Part shown: positions 37,845-51,549 of the stretch, piece after piece
Layout: each line of letters begins with the position of its first letter
How positions within the stretch are numbered: the stretch's first letter is position 1
Notes under the pieces: generated by a model
The model's input: only the letters and a program-made list of their open reading frames with translations
Told to the model about the DNA's origin: nothing
Database searches by the model: none
Origin: Escherichia coli
Lineage (GTDB): Bacteria > Pseudomonadota > Gammaproteobacteria > Enterobacterales > Enterobacteriaceae
Assembly: GCF_050320075.1 (NCBI RefSeq)
Contig: NZ_CP190018.1
DNA length: 64,000 nt
Strand: one strand, 5' to 3'
Translations under genes and position numbers: made by a program

Positions 37845-37886
37845 AAACCGGGGATTTCCCGGTTTCCTTTTCCGCAGAAAAGGAAA
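37845..37886 (-). terminator. Two abutting hairpins with a U-tract 70-110 nt upstream of the eaeH start codon
   Basis: H1 is AAACCGGG gattt CCCGGTTT (37845-37865). On the minus strand it is followed by UU-C-U, giving CCCGGUUUUUCUG. H2 is TTTCCTTTTC cgca GAAAAGGAAA (37863-37886). The two share 3 nt. Confidence 0.4.
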
Positions 37887-38324
37887 TACCTTTATGTAAG
37901 AAAGTACACCGCCACCTAATATATCCAGTGTCTGTAGCCACTCATCAGGTGGTTGGGCGCGGGATTATATTTTTATTTATGGGTAAAAATTTAGCTTTTT
38001 GTGCAAGTTATTAAATAGATACTTAAGTTATATTTCTTACTCTGCGGGCAGTGAATAATTCATTATTAAGAGTGAATAATAATGACCCGTCTTTAATTAA
38101 CTGCTATTGGGAGTACGTCGAAGTGAGTATATACGCCAGGATAAACCAATATATTTTTTATGGACATTCATTTATATTCATCGGACTGTAAATTCCGGGG
38201 ATATCGAACTTGCACGACTAATCTCAACCCTCAAACAGATTTATGAATTTTGTTCATAACCCCTGACAAATCCTGCCGTCTAATCGAGCTTTTCCCTTTA
38301 CGTTATGCTTCTCATGAACGATAA

Positions 38325-41248
<2,924 letters not shown>

Positions 41249-41330
41249 CTAAACTTTCAGGAGATTTATTATGAATAAACGTATCCTCACGATTGCGCCA
41301 TTCTTCTTACCGATATTCTGACACACATCA

Positions 41331-42257
41331 TTAACTTTCTATTTTTACTCTTTTCTCCACCATAAAATCAATAAAAGCACGAACTTTAGAGGGCATTCTC
41401 ACCCGTGATGAAACATATATATAAAATCCAGGAAATGAAACGGCCCAATCCTCAAGAATCGGCTGTAACTTGCCCGCATTGATATGTTCAGCGATTGCAA
41501 AATCCAGATGTTGAATGATACCCGTTCCATTCAGCGCCATTCGTATCATGCTTTCGTCATCATTAGAAATATACTTACCTGAAACCTCTATTTCGAACTC
41601 TTCATTACCCCCCACAACATTAGAAAACTCCCATGCAGAGAGTGCACCGCTACTTTTATGCCGCAACCGAAGGCAATTATGGTTACTCAGTTCCTGAGGC
41701 GTTTCAGGAATACCGTGTTCTTTTAAATAATCTGGCGATGCCACAGTAACCAGTTTAATAAGCGGAGAAACAGGAACGGCAGTCATATGCTCATCCAGTC
41801 CTTGCTCAAGACGTATGCCCACATCACAGCCGTCCGCAATAATGTTAGATAAACCGTCATCCATAATGAGTTCTATCTTTGTTTTGGGGTAACGAGTAAG
41901 AAACTCGCCAATATGAGGCTCAACAAGCATCCGTGCTGCAACACGGGAGGAATTTATTCTCAACAGGCCTGTAGGTTCAAGTTGGGTATCACCAACATCT
42001 TTCAAAGCATCATCAATTTGCCCCAAAGCCGACACCAGCACTTCATACAGACGCTGTCCTTCCTCAGTAAGCGACATATTGCGGGTCGTACGGTATATCA
42101 GCTTGGTGTTAAGACGTTCCTCAAGAGATTTTAAATTCTGGGACAATGCGGCCCGCGTAATACCCATTTCAGAAGCGGCTCTGGAAAAACTGCCGGCACG
42201 AACAATAAGCGCAAACCAGGCAAGAGAAGGCAAAATTGAAGGCTCTATTTTCATCAT
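41331..42257 (-). CDS. LysR-family regulator (308 aa), divergent from the hydrolase gene
   Basis: HTH FALIVRAGSFSRAASEMGITRAALSQNLKSLEERL. Start at MMKIEPS. Confidence 0.85.
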   Translation of the reverse strand: MMKIEPSILPSLAWFALIVRAGSFSRAASEMGITRAALSQNLKSLEERLNTKLIYRTTRNMSLTEEGQRLYEVLVSALGQIDDALKDVGDTQLEPTGLLRINSSRVAARMLVEPHIGEFLTRYPKTKIELIMDDGLSNIIADGCDVGIRLEQGLDEHMTAVPVSPLIKLVTVASPDYLKEHGIPETPQELSNHNCLRLRHKSSGALSAWEFSNVVGGNEEFEIEVSGKYISNDDESMIRMALNGTGIIQHLDFAIAEHINAGKLQPILEDWAVSFPGFYIYVSSRVRMPSKVRAFIDFMVEKRVKIES

Positions 42258-42413
42258 TGTAAACCTTAACTTAACACTGTGATAGATATTAGACCATTGA
42301 TGATAACCAATACAAGTCATACTATTACGCCGTTCTCGATATGAACACGAATGCCAGTTGCGGATAATAGAAATGATATTTAAATCTGTTTAGGCAAATC
42401 CCCGGAGCTTGAA

Positions 42414-43334
42414 ATGAAAACTGTTTCGATAAAACATACTTACTGGGATATAGCTGCTGATATCTATTTCCCTGACGATTTTAATAGTGAAAAAAAGTAT
42501 CCTGCCATTATCAGCGCCCATCCAATTGGAAGCTGCAAAGAACAGACATCGGGTAGTGTGTATGGTGCCGCCCTGGCAAAAGCTGGTTTTATCGTCATTG
42601 CTTTTGATGCCAGTTTTCAGGGAAGCAGCGGTGGAGAACCGCGTTATCTGGAAGATCCAACAATGCGAGTAAAAGACTTCAGCATTGTCGTTGATTACCT
42701 TACCACCTTACCTTACGTTGATGCCGGGCGTATTGGTGTACTGGGTATTTGTGGTGGAGGTGGATATGCCATTAATGCCGCAATGACAGAACGTCGAATT
42801 AAAGCTATTGGTACTGTCACGGGTGCAAACTACGGGCGTCTTATGCGTGAGGGATTTACAGCGTTTAATCCTATCGGAGCACTCGAAGCGATGGCGCAAC
42901 AAAGAACAGACGAAGCTAACGGCGCAAAACTTCGCGTAGATGATTTACTCCCCTCTTCTCCGGATGCAGCTCTTGAAGCGGGATTAACAGAAATAGACCT
43001 TTTTGAAGCCACAGAATATTATCGTTCGCCACGAGGCTGTGCACCTAATGGGGTAAATCGTTCGCTATTCTCACATCAGACTGTTGCCGTGGGTTGGGAT
43101 GCATTTCATCTTGCAGAAGTCCTGTTAACTCAACCAATAATGGTTGTGGTGGGCGATAGAGTGGGCGCATTTGGTGCCTACCGTGACGGCTGCGAAATTA
43201 TTGGCCGCGCTGCCTCAAAACATAAAGAGCTGGTCGTGGTTGAAGGTTATTCACATTACGACCTGTATGATAAGCCAGAACCTGTGAAACAGGCACTCGA
43301 AAAATTAATTCCTTTTTATAAAACACATTTGTAA
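42414..43334 (+). CDS. Alpha/beta hydrolase of dienelactone-hydrolase type with a Cys nucleophile elbow (306 aa), cytoplasmic
   Basis: IGVLGICGGGGYA (G-x-C-x-G in place of G-x-S-x-G) and C-terminal GYSHYDLY. No signal peptide. Confidence 0.8.
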   Translation: MKTVSIKHTYWDIAADIYFPDDFNSEKKYPAIISAHPIGSCKEQTSGSVYGAALAKAGFIVIAFDASFQGSSGGEPRYLEDPTMRVKDFSIVVDYLTTLPYVDAGRIGVLGICGGGGYAINAAMTERRIKAIGTVTGANYGRLMREGFTAFNPIGALEAMAQQRTDEANGAKLRVDDLLPSSPDAALEAGLTEIDLFEATEYYRSPRGCAPNGVNRSLFSHQTVAVGWDAFHLAEVLLTQPIMVVVGDRVGAFGAYRDGCEIIGRAASKHKELVVVEGYSHYDLYDKPEPVKQALEKLIPFYKTHL

Positions 43335-43342
43335 TAATCTTA

Positions 43343-43365
43343 CAGGGAGATTCCTTATCTCCCTG
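43343..43365 (+). terminator. Hairpin after the hydrolase gene
   Basis: A 9-bp stem CAGGGAGAT/ATCTCCCTG with a 5-nt loop and a T-rich tail (acatttatcctttatt). Confidence 0.45.
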
Positions 43366-43507
43366 ACATTTATCCTTTATTGACTACACAACAATAATAA
43401 AATTACTCAAAAAGAATTCTATTAAAGGAAAAAAAGCATCAAAAAGTAGCAACTCAACTTATTAAGATTATACGCATTAAAATCAGATAAACATTTGAGG
43501 TATTGTT

Positions 43508-44650
43508 ATGACAAATAAACACCCATCATTGTTTTCTCCTTTTATGCTGACAGAAAAAATAAAGCTACGTAATCGTATCGTTATGGCTCCTATGACAACC
43601 TGGTCAGCTAATCCTGATGGAACCATCTCTGAGCAAGAACTCGAATTTTATAAACGTCGCTCACAAAATGTTGGTTTAGTAATAACAGGATGCACCTATG
43701 TCACGCCAAGCGGCATTGGGTTTACTCATGAATTTGCCGCGTATGACGACCGTTTCATTAACAGCCTTGAAAAGTTAGCAGCTGCAGCCAAAAGTGGCGG
43801 TGCTCCGGCTATTTTGCAGATTTTCCACGCTGGTAATAAAGCCATCCCGGAGCTTGTGCCAAATAACGATGTTATTAGTGCCAGCGCATCAAGCGTAAAA
43901 TCTGGTGACTTTATGAAGAGAGTGGTACAAAGCAGGGAAATGACTGAAAACGAAATTCAGGAAACCATTAGAGCATTCGGAGATGTCACAAAAAGGGCGA
44001 TTAAAGCAGGTTTTGATGGCGTTGAACTTCATGGTGCGCACGGATTCCTTCTACAGAATTTCTTCTCCCCTCTATTTAACCAGCGTAATGACCGATGGGG
44101 AGGAGATCTCGAAAGACGTATGCGATTCCCGCTGGCCGTATTACAGGAAGTAAAAAATGTAGTCTATGAATATGCGACAAAGCCCTTTGCCATCGGTTAC
44201 AGAATATCTCCTGAAGAATCTGCAACAGGGGGGCTGCGGATAGAGGATACTTATAAACTCCTTGATCGGCTCATTGCATCCGGTATTTCGTATATACATA
44301 CCTCGCTGGTCAGTATTAACGATAGCTACCCTGTTGAGTCGCCAAATGGCCCCCGAACTATTGAATTGATTTTAAATCATATTGCAGGCAGAGTGCCGGT
44401 AATCGCTGCAGGTAAAATACGCACACCGTCTCAGGCTCAAGAAGCAATTTCCACTGGCCTGCCACTTGTTGCGATCGGTAAAGGGCTGGTGATAAATCCA
44501 GAATGGGTGACTTTAGCTGAATCAGGTAGAAGCCATGAAATTCAAACAACCCTTAATCCACAACTTGTTCCTGAATTAACCATTCCGGATAAACTATGGG
44601 ATCAAATTCAGGCATCGAAAGGAACTGGCTGGTTTCCGTTAATGGATTAA
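43508..44650 (+). CDS. NADH:flavin oxidoreductase, Old Yellow Enzyme family (380 aa)
   Basis: NRIVMAPMTT and GFDGVELHGAHGFLLQNFFSP motifs. Confidence 0.9.
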   Translation: MTNKHPSLFSPFMLTEKIKLRNRIVMAPMTTWSANPDGTISEQELEFYKRRSQNVGLVITGCTYVTPSGIGFTHEFAAYDDRFINSLEKLAAAAKSGGAPAILQIFHAGNKAIPELVPNNDVISASASSVKSGDFMKRVVQSREMTENEIQETIRAFGDVTKRAIKAGFDGVELHGAHGFLLQNFFSPLFNQRNDRWGGDLERRMRFPLAVLQEVKNVVYEYATKPFAIGYRISPEESATGGLRIEDTYKLLDRLIASGISYIHTSLVSINDSYPVESPNGPRTIELILNHIAGRVPVIAAGKIRTPSQAQEAISTGLPLVAIGKGLVINPEWVTLAESGRSHEIQTTLNPQLVPELTIPDKLWDQIQASKGTGWFPLMD

Positions 44651-45121
44651 ATATCTATTACTCTCCCGAGTGTAAAACTATCAAACCAATGAGTAACCGA
44701 TACAGCCTCGCAAATTCTTTCAGATAATTAACCCGTCACTGCGGCACGTTCTCTCATAAGGCGTGCCTGCTGTGTAATCCAGTATGGATCCAGCATAGTT
44801 GACGGCTTAATAGACTCAATTCCTTTCCCAGGTTACCAACAACGATATCTTGTATAACACCCCAGAAGATACGACATTATGATGAGATGAGGTATGCTCC
44901 TCAGCGCCAATCAACGCCAGGGCTGGGCCAGTTTTGAGATCAGACTCATTCCCGGACTGACTTCAGGCGACATATATCAATGACGTTGGGGCAATAAAAG
45001 ATAGCCGATGTAATACATCTATTCAAATTTGTGATACATGTCAAAAAATTGGTTGACCAAACTCGTTATTTATATAAGGGCACTTACGAAGTGCACTCTT
45101 TTTTAAAGCGAGGAAGTACCA

Positions 45122-45223
45122 ATGAAAGAGAATAAAGTACAACAAATCAGTCATAAACTGATTAATATCGTTGTTTTTGTCGCAATTGTAGAATACGCCT
45201 ATTTATTTCTCCATTTCTATTAA
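45122..45223 (+). CDS. ykgR: Small membrane protein YkgR (33 aa)
   Basis: My translation MKENKVQQISHKLINIVVFVAIVEYAYLFLHFY matches the YkgR I recall. SD GAGGAAG lies upstream. It is below the ORF-track size cutoff. Confidence 0.7.
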   Translation: MKENKVQQISHKLINIVVFVAIVEYAYLFLHFY

Positions 45224-45552
45224 TAACGGCAATAAACTGTTCACTTCAGTGATATTAAAAAATATGCATCCTCTCCCTTTTTTGTAAGTAATTATTATAT
45301 CCGTGGGAGAGGAATACACGCTGTCCGGCAATCAATCAAACTGCGATAAATCATCGGCCAGTAAAATGGAGATAGCCTCCATTCTCGAAAAATTCATACT
45401 CTCAGCGAAACCATCACTCATCAAGGCGTTTATGGGAGCGTCGCCAATGGCTGCTAACAATGCCAGACTTCCCCGTTGCCGAAATTCCACATACCACAAA
45501 TGGTCACAGGGATTGGGTGTTGAAATGATCCGGATGAGCATGTATCTTTATG

Positions 45553-45570
45553 GTTATGTTATAACATAAC
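45553..45570. promoter_or_regulatory. Zur box (perfect 18-bp palindrome GTTATGTTATAACATAAC)
   Basis: Exact self-complementarity, 12 nt upstream of ykgM. Matches the Zur consensus core TGTTATAACA. Confidence 0.75.
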
Positions 45571-45581
45571 AGGTAAAAATG

Positions 45582-45845
45582 ATGAAGCCCAATATCCATC
45601 CTGAGTATCGTACTGTGGTGTTCCACGACACCAGTGTTGATGAGTACTTTAAAATCGGCTCGACTATCAAAACAGACCGTGAGATTGAGCTGGATGGAGT
45701 AACGTATCCGTACGTGACAATTGATGTCTCTTCTAAATCGCACCCGTTCTATACAGGGAAGCTGAGAACAGTGGCATCAGAAGGAAATGTTGCACGATTC
45801 ACCCAACGTTTTGGTCGTTTTGTTAGCACGAAAAAGGGGGCATGA
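45582..45845 (+). CDS. ykgM: Zinc-independent ribosomal protein L31 paralogue
   Basis: [16 protein letters not shown]...[11 protein letters not shown]. It lacks the Cys pairs of RpmE. Confidence 0.9.
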
Positions 45846-45985
45846 TGAAAGTCCTTAACTCTCTGCGTACCGCAAAAGAACGCCATCCAGACTGTCAGAT
45901 TGTGAAGCGAAAAGGACGGCTATATGTGATTTGTAAATCTAATCCACGTTTTAAGGCCGTTCAGGGTCGTAAGAAAAAACGTTGA
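45845..45985 (+). CDS. ykgO: Zinc-independent ribosomal protein L36 paralogue (46 aa)
   Basis: My translation [46 protein letters not shown]. The ATG overlaps the ykgM TGA (TGATG). Confidence 0.9.
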   Translation: MKVLNSLRTAKERHPDCQIVKRKGRLYVICKSNPRFKAVQGRKKKR

Positions 45986-46035
45986 TTCAAAATTCGACGA
46001 ATTAACGATATTTGTCTGATTAATAATCAGACCGG

Positions 46036-46073
46036 ATTAATGTTGGTGTATTTATTACACCAGCATTAATTTT
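46036..46073 (+). terminator. ykgMO rho-independent terminator
   Basis: A 15-bp stem (one G-U pair) ATTAATGTTGGTGTA/TACACCAGCATTAAT with loop tttat, followed by TTT. Confidence 0.7.
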
Positions 46074-46391
46074 CCTGGGGATGTATCTTCCTGTTCATTT
46101 AAAGTCAACTGCCTGACGTTTCTCTCCGAATATTCCATTATATTAATGTTGACTTGTTGACCAGGTGCGCCCTGTATGCTGGCATCAACTCTCTTTTAGA
46201 CTGAACACGCCACTCAGTTTCCTCCCTTTGCGACGCAGCCTGCATTTACACTCAAACGGTTAAGATGATAAATGTGGTAAATCTGTTGGTACTGACATAA
46301 AAACGTTTACGCCACAGGAACGGCCTGATCCACCGGTAACCCCATCGCCGACGTTCGAGTGCCAGTTAGAGTAACGCGCACAGATGACTGA

Positions 46392-46616
46392 ATGCAGTGC
46401 CCTGGCAAAGAGGCCATCGTTCCTGTGACAACTGGCAGTCTTCGTTTAACTTCACTTAATTTGGCTCTTAGGGGGCTTACCGGACAGATGACGTACTTAC
46501 ACCTGTTTAATTTTTCATCACTTATTGGGATGAACCCCCATAACCATTTTGTGCGGCATGTTAATCCATTAAAACACCTTACTGATTGGCAAATCATCTT
46601 TAATTATGACTCATGA
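46392..46616 (+). CDS. ykgL: Hypothetical 74-aa ORF at the position of K-12 ykgL
   Basis: Only the ORF and its position relative to ecpR/ykgO support it. No motif, no clear SD. Confidence 0.4.
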   Translation: MQCPGKEAIVPVTTGSLRLTSLNLALRGLTGQMTYLHLFNFSSLIGMNPHNHFVRHVNPLKHLTDWQIIFNYDS

Positions 46617-46688
46617 TAGTTTTATATTCTATTTCTTATCATTTAAACTTGTTTTTTTACTAGTCCATTACACAACACATTAAGACTA

Positions 46689-46715
46689 TTCCTAACACCT
46701 CAGGGCAAAGTTCCT
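46689..46715. promoter_or_regulatory. TTCCT-N17-TTCCT direct repeat (candidate EcpR recognition boxes)
   Basis: TTCCT at 46689-46693 and 46711-46715 with an exactly 17-nt spacer. As I recall, this matches the published EcpR box arrangement upstream of ecpR. Confidence 0.45.
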
Positions 46716-46999
46716 GGCTAATATAAAATGCAAGTAAGAATTGAACGTTATATTGCCAATAACCTTATGAAACTGAATGTCTTTTTCTTCTTATCAAAAA
46801 AGCAATATTTTCATTTTTTGTAAATATTGACTTAACCATGGAATTCCTTTTCTGTTCACATATTGACACTCATCAGGAAAAAAACATAAATTTAAACCTA
46901 ATCGAAATAATTAAAACTTAATCTCGTTTAACCTATATTGATATGTGCTACGTATCTTATTTACTTCCGATTTACTAAAGAAACTGAATGTACCTGTAA

Positions 47000-47611
<612 letters not shown>

Positions 47612-47685
47612 ACTCCAGGCAAGTTAGTTTTAAAAAATGACTCACAGGGACATCACGTCCTCAATTCAACTCGGGAAGAAAAGCA

Positions 47686-48273
47686 ATGAAAAAAAAGGTT
47701 CTGGCAATAGCTCTGGTAACGGTGTTTACCGGCATGGGTGTGGCGCAGGCTGCTGACGTAACAGCTCAGGCTGTAGCGACCTGGTCAGCAACAGCCAAAA
47801 AAGACACCACCAGTAAGCTGGTTGTGACGCCACTCGGTAGCCTGGCGTTCCAGTATGCCGAAGGCATTAAAGGTTTTAACTCACAGAAAGGTCTATTTGA
47901 CGTAGCTATCGAGGGTGACTCAACGGCTACCGCCTTTAAACTGACCTCACGTCTTATCACCAACACCTTAACCCAGTTGGATACCTCAGGTTCCACACTG
48001 AATGTGGGCGTTGATTATAACGGCGCGGCAGTCGAAAAAACTGGCGATACCGTGATGATCGATACCGCCAACGGCGTACTGGGCGGCAACCTTAGCCCAC
48101 TGGCTAACGGTTACAATGCCAGCAATCGTACCACCGCACAGGATGGTTTCACTTTCTCCATCATCAGCGGCACCACCAATGGTACCACCGCAGTAACCGA
48201 TTACAGCACTCTACCGGAAGGCATCTGGAGCGGCGACGTTAGCGTACAGTTCGACGCTACCTGGACCAGTTAA
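47686..48273 (+). CDS. ecpA: Common pilus major subunit EcpA (MatB), 195 aa
   Basis: Signal peptide [22 protein letters not shown]. Sequence recognised. Confidence 0.95.
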   Translation: MKKKVLAIALVTVFTGMGVAQAADVTAQAVATWSATAKKDTTSKLVVTPLGSLAFQYAEGIKGFNSQKGLFDVAIEGDSTATAFKLTSRLITNTLTQLDTSGSTLNVGVDYNGAAVEKTGDTVMIDTANGVLGGNLSPLANGYNASNRTTAQDGFTFSIISGTTNGTTAVTDYSTLPEGIWSGDVSVQFDATWTS

Positions 48274-48289
48274 TCTCTCTGATGTACCA

Positions 48290-48313
48290 GCAGGGGTACC
48301 CCCCTGCTTTATT
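48290..48313 (+). terminator. Intra-operon hairpin/attenuator after ecpA
   Basis: GCAGGGG tacc CCCCTGC followed by TTTATT. It sits between the ecpA stop and the ecpB ATG (48330). Confidence 0.55.
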
Positions 48314-48329
48314 CCTGGACGGAATTGTT

Positions 48330-48998
48330 ATGAAAAAGCACCTTCTGCCTCTCGCTCTGCTGTTTTCCGGAATATCTCCGGCCCAGGCGCTGGATGTCGG
48401 CGATATATCATCGTTTATGAACAGTGACAGCAGCACGCTGAGCAAAACGATCCAAAACAGTACCGACAGTGGCCGCCTCATCAATATCCGTCTCGAACGG
48501 CTCTCTTCACCGCTTGACGACGGGCAGGTTATCGCAATGGACAAGCCGGATGAGTTGCTACTCACTCCCGCTAGCTTGCTGCTACCCGCCCAAGCCAGCG
48601 AAGTGATCCGCTTCTTCTATAAGGGACCAGCAGATGAAAAAGAGCGCTACTACCGCATTGTCTGGTTCGATCAGGCCCTCAGTGATGCGCAGCGCGATAA
48701 TGCCAACCGCAGCGCTGTAGCCACTGCTTCCGCCCGCATCGGCACCATTCTGGTCGTCGCCCCCCGCCAGGCGAACTACCGCTTTCAGTACGCCAACGGC
48801 TCCCTGACGAATACAGGAAATGCGACGCTGCGGATCCTCGCCTACGGCCCCTGCCTGAAAGCCGCCAATGGTAAGGAGTGTAAAGAGAATTACTACCTGA
48901 TGCCGGGTAAGTCGCGTCGTTTTACCCGCGTGGATACGGCGGATAACAAAGGACGGGTTGCACTTTGGCAGGGTGATAAGTTCATTCCCGTGAAATAG
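48330..48998 (+). CDS. ecpB: EcpB chaperone, 222 aa
   Basis: Start at [20 protein letters not shown] (signal peptide). The track's 16-codon extension overlaps the ecpA hairpin. Confidence 0.9.
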   Translation: MKKHLLPLALLFSGISPAQALDVGDISSFMNSDSSTLSKTIQNSTDSGRLINIRLERLSSPLDDGQVIAMDKPDELLLTPASLLLPAQASEVIRFFYKGPADEKERYYRIVWFDQALSDAQRDNANRSAVATASARIGTILVVAPRQANYRFQYANGSLTNTGNATLRILAYGPCLKAANGKECKENYYLMPGKSRRFTRVDTADNKGRVALWQGDKFIPVK

Positions 48999-49023
48999 AT
49001 AGCTGTGCAGATGGATAACGACA

Positions 49024-51549
49024 ATGCCTTTACGACGGTTCTCCCCAGGACTGAAAGCCCAGTTTGCCTTCGGCATGGTCTTTTTGTTCGTTCAGCCCGA
49101 TGCCAGCGCTGCTGACATAAGTGCGCAGCAAATCGGTGGGGTGATTATTCCGCAGGCCTTCAGTCAGGCGCTTCAGGACGGCATGAGCGTCCCGCTCTAT
49201 ATTCATCTTGCCGGTAGCCAGGGTCGCCAGGACGATCAGCGAATCGGCAGCGCTTTTATCTGGTTGGATGATGGACAGCTACGCATCCGGAAAATACAGC
49301 TGGAAGAGAGTGAAGATAACGCCAGTGTCAGCGAACAAACTCGACAGCAGCTGATGGCTCTGGCCAACGCCCCGTTCAATGAGGCCCTTACCATCCCCCT
49401 GACTGACAACGCGCAGCTGGATCTCAGCTTGCGCCAACTGCTGCTGCAGCTGGTGGTCAAGCGCGAAGCGCTGGGCACCGTACTACGCTCACGTAGCGAA
49501 GACATCGGGCAGTCCAGTGTTAACACCCTCAGCAGTAATCTGAGCTATAACTTCGGCGTCTATAACAACCAGTTGCGTAACGGCGGGAGCAACACATCCA
49601 GCTATCTGTCGCTGAATAACGTTACTGCGCTGCGCGAACATCACGTGGTGCTCGACGGCTCACTGTACGGGATTGGTAGCGGTCAACAGGACAGTGAATT
49701 ATATAAAGCGATGTATGAACGCGATTTTGCTGGTCACCGATTTGCCGGTGGAATGCTCGACACCTGGAACTTGCAGTCCTTAGGGCCGATGACCGCCATT
49801 TCAGCAGGGAAGATTTACGGCCTTTCCTGGGGAAACCAGGCCAGCTCCACCATCTTCGACAGCAGCCAGTCAGCCACGCCAGTGATCGCCTTTTTACCGG
49901 CGGCGGGCGAAGTACATCTCACCCGTGATGGGCGACTACTAAGCGTTCAGAACTTCACCATGGGCAATCATGAAGTGGATACCCGGGGTCTACCGTACGG
50001 TATTTACGATGTGGAAGTTGAGGTGATCGTTAACGGTCGCGTGATCAGCAAACGCACCCAGCGGGTCAATAAGCTGTTTAGCCGGGGGCGCGGCGTCGGT
50101 GCACCACTGGCGTGGCAGATATGGGGCGGTAGCTTTCATATGGATCGCTGGTCGGAAAACGGGAAAAAGACGCGACCAGCTAAAGAGAGTTGGCTGGCAG
50201 GTGCCTCAACCTCCGGCTCACTGAGTACGCTTAGCTGGGCGGCAACGGGATATGGATACGATAATCAGGCGGTGGGTGAAACCCGTCTGACGCTGCCGCT
50301 TGGGGGGGCGATCAACGTTAACCTGCAAAACATGCTGGCCAGTGACAGCTCATGGAGCAACATCGCCAGCATCAGCGCCACTCTACCTGGAGGCTTCAGT
50401 TCTCTGTGGGTTAACCAGGAAAAAACCCGCATTGGCAATCAATTGCGACGTAGCGATGCCGACAACCGTGCAATCGGCGGCACACTCAACCTGAACTCAC
50501 TGTGGTCGAAGCTGGGTACGTTCAGCATCAGCTACAATGATGACCGCCGCTACAACAGCCATTATTACACGGCAGATTACTATCAAAATGTCTACAGCGG
50601 TCCCTTTGGTTCGCTTGGCCTGCGGGCCGGTATTCAGCGCTATAACAACGGCGACAGCAGCGCCAATACAGGGAAATATATCGCTCTCGATCTCTCGCTA
50701 CCACTGGGCAACTGGTTTAGCGCAGGGATGACCCATCAAAACGGCTACACCATGGCAAACCTGTCAGCACGCAAACAGTTTGATGAAGGAACCATTCGCA
50801 CTGTTGGTGCCAATCTGTCACGAGCCATCTCCGGCGATACCGGTGATGACAAAACCCTCAGCGGTGGGGCGTATGCACAGTTCGACGCTCGTTACGCCAG
50901 CGGAACGCTGAACGTCAATAGCGCGGCGGACGGCTACATCAATACCAATTTGACCGCCAACGGCAGCGTCGGCTGGCAAGGTAAAAACATCGCTGCCAGC
51001 GGGCGGACCGATGGCAATGCTGGGGTGATATTCGACACTGGCCTGGAGAACGATGGTCAGATCAGCGCCAAAATCAACGGGCGGATTTTCCCGCTTAACG
51101 GCAAGCGTAACTATCTCCCGCTCTCTCCCTATGGAAGATATGAGGTGGAGTTACAGAACAGCAAAAACTCACTCGACAGTTACGATATCGTCAGCGGTCG
51201 CAAAAGCCATCTGACTCTCTATCCAGGCAATGTCGCTGTCATTGAGCCAGAAGTGAAGCAGATGGTTACCGTCTCCGGTCGTATCCGTGCGGAAGACGGC
51301 ACACTGCTGGCTAACGCACGGATTAACAACCATATCGGCCGAACCCGAACCGATGAAAACGGCGAGTTTGTCATGGACGTGGATAAGAAATACCCCACTA
51401 TCGATTTTCGCTACAGTGGCAATAAAACCTGCGAAGTGGCACTGGAACTCAACCAGGCGCGCGGTGCCGTCTGGGTCGGTGATGTGGTCTGCAGCGGCCT
51501 CTCATCGTGGGCGGCGGTGACGCAGACAGGAGAAGAGAATGAGAGTTAA
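49024..51549 (+). CDS. ecpC: EcpC usher, 841 aa
   Basis: Large outer-membrane usher-like ORF with a signal peptide. Sequence recognised. Confidence 0.95.
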   Translation: MPLRRFSPGLKAQFAFGMVFLFVQPDASAADISAQQIGGVIIPQAFSQALQDGMSVPLYIHLAGSQGRQDDQRIGSAFIWLDDGQLRIRKIQLEESEDNASVSEQTRQQLMALANAPFNEALTIPLTDNAQLDLSLRQLLLQLVVKREALGTVLRSRSEDIGQSSVNTLSSNLSYNFGVYNNQLRNGGSNTSSYLSLNNVTALREHHVVLDGSLYGIGSGQQDSELYKAMYERDFAGHRFAGGMLDTWNLQSLGPMTAISAGKIYGLSWGNQASSTIFDSSQSATPVIAFLPAAGEVHLTRDGRLLSVQNFTMGNHEVDTRGLPYGIYDVEVEVIVNGRVISKRTQRVNKLFSRGRGVGAPLAWQIWGGSFHMDRWSENGKKTRPAKESWLAGASTSGSLSTLSWAATGYGYDNQAVGETRLTLPLGGAINVNLQNMLASDSSWSNIASISATLPGGFSSLWVNQEKTRIGNQLRRSDADNRAIGGTLNLNSLWSKLGTFSISYNDDRRYNSHYYTADYYQNVYSGPFGSLGLRAGIQRYNNGDSSANTGKYIALDLSLPLGNWFSAGMTHQNGYTMANLSARKQFDEGTIRTVGANLSRAISGDTGDDKTLSGGAYAQFDARYASGTLNVNSAADGYINTNLTANGSVGWQGKNIAASGRTDGNAGVIFDTGLENDGQISAKINGRIFPLNGKRNYLPLSPYGRYEVELQNSKNSLDSYDIVSGRKSHLTLYPGNVAVIEPEVKQMVTVSGRIRAEDGTLLANARINNHIGRTRTDENGEFVMDVDKKYPTIDFRYSGNKTCEVALELNQARGAVWVGDVVCSGLSSWAAVTQTGEENES

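Noticed and set aside
46307-46597. A 96-aa minus-strand ORF overlapping the ykgL-position ORF.
   Set aside because: It has no motif or start signal. By my coordinate mapping, the plus-strand ORF is the better match to the K-12 ykgL position. Both remain weak.
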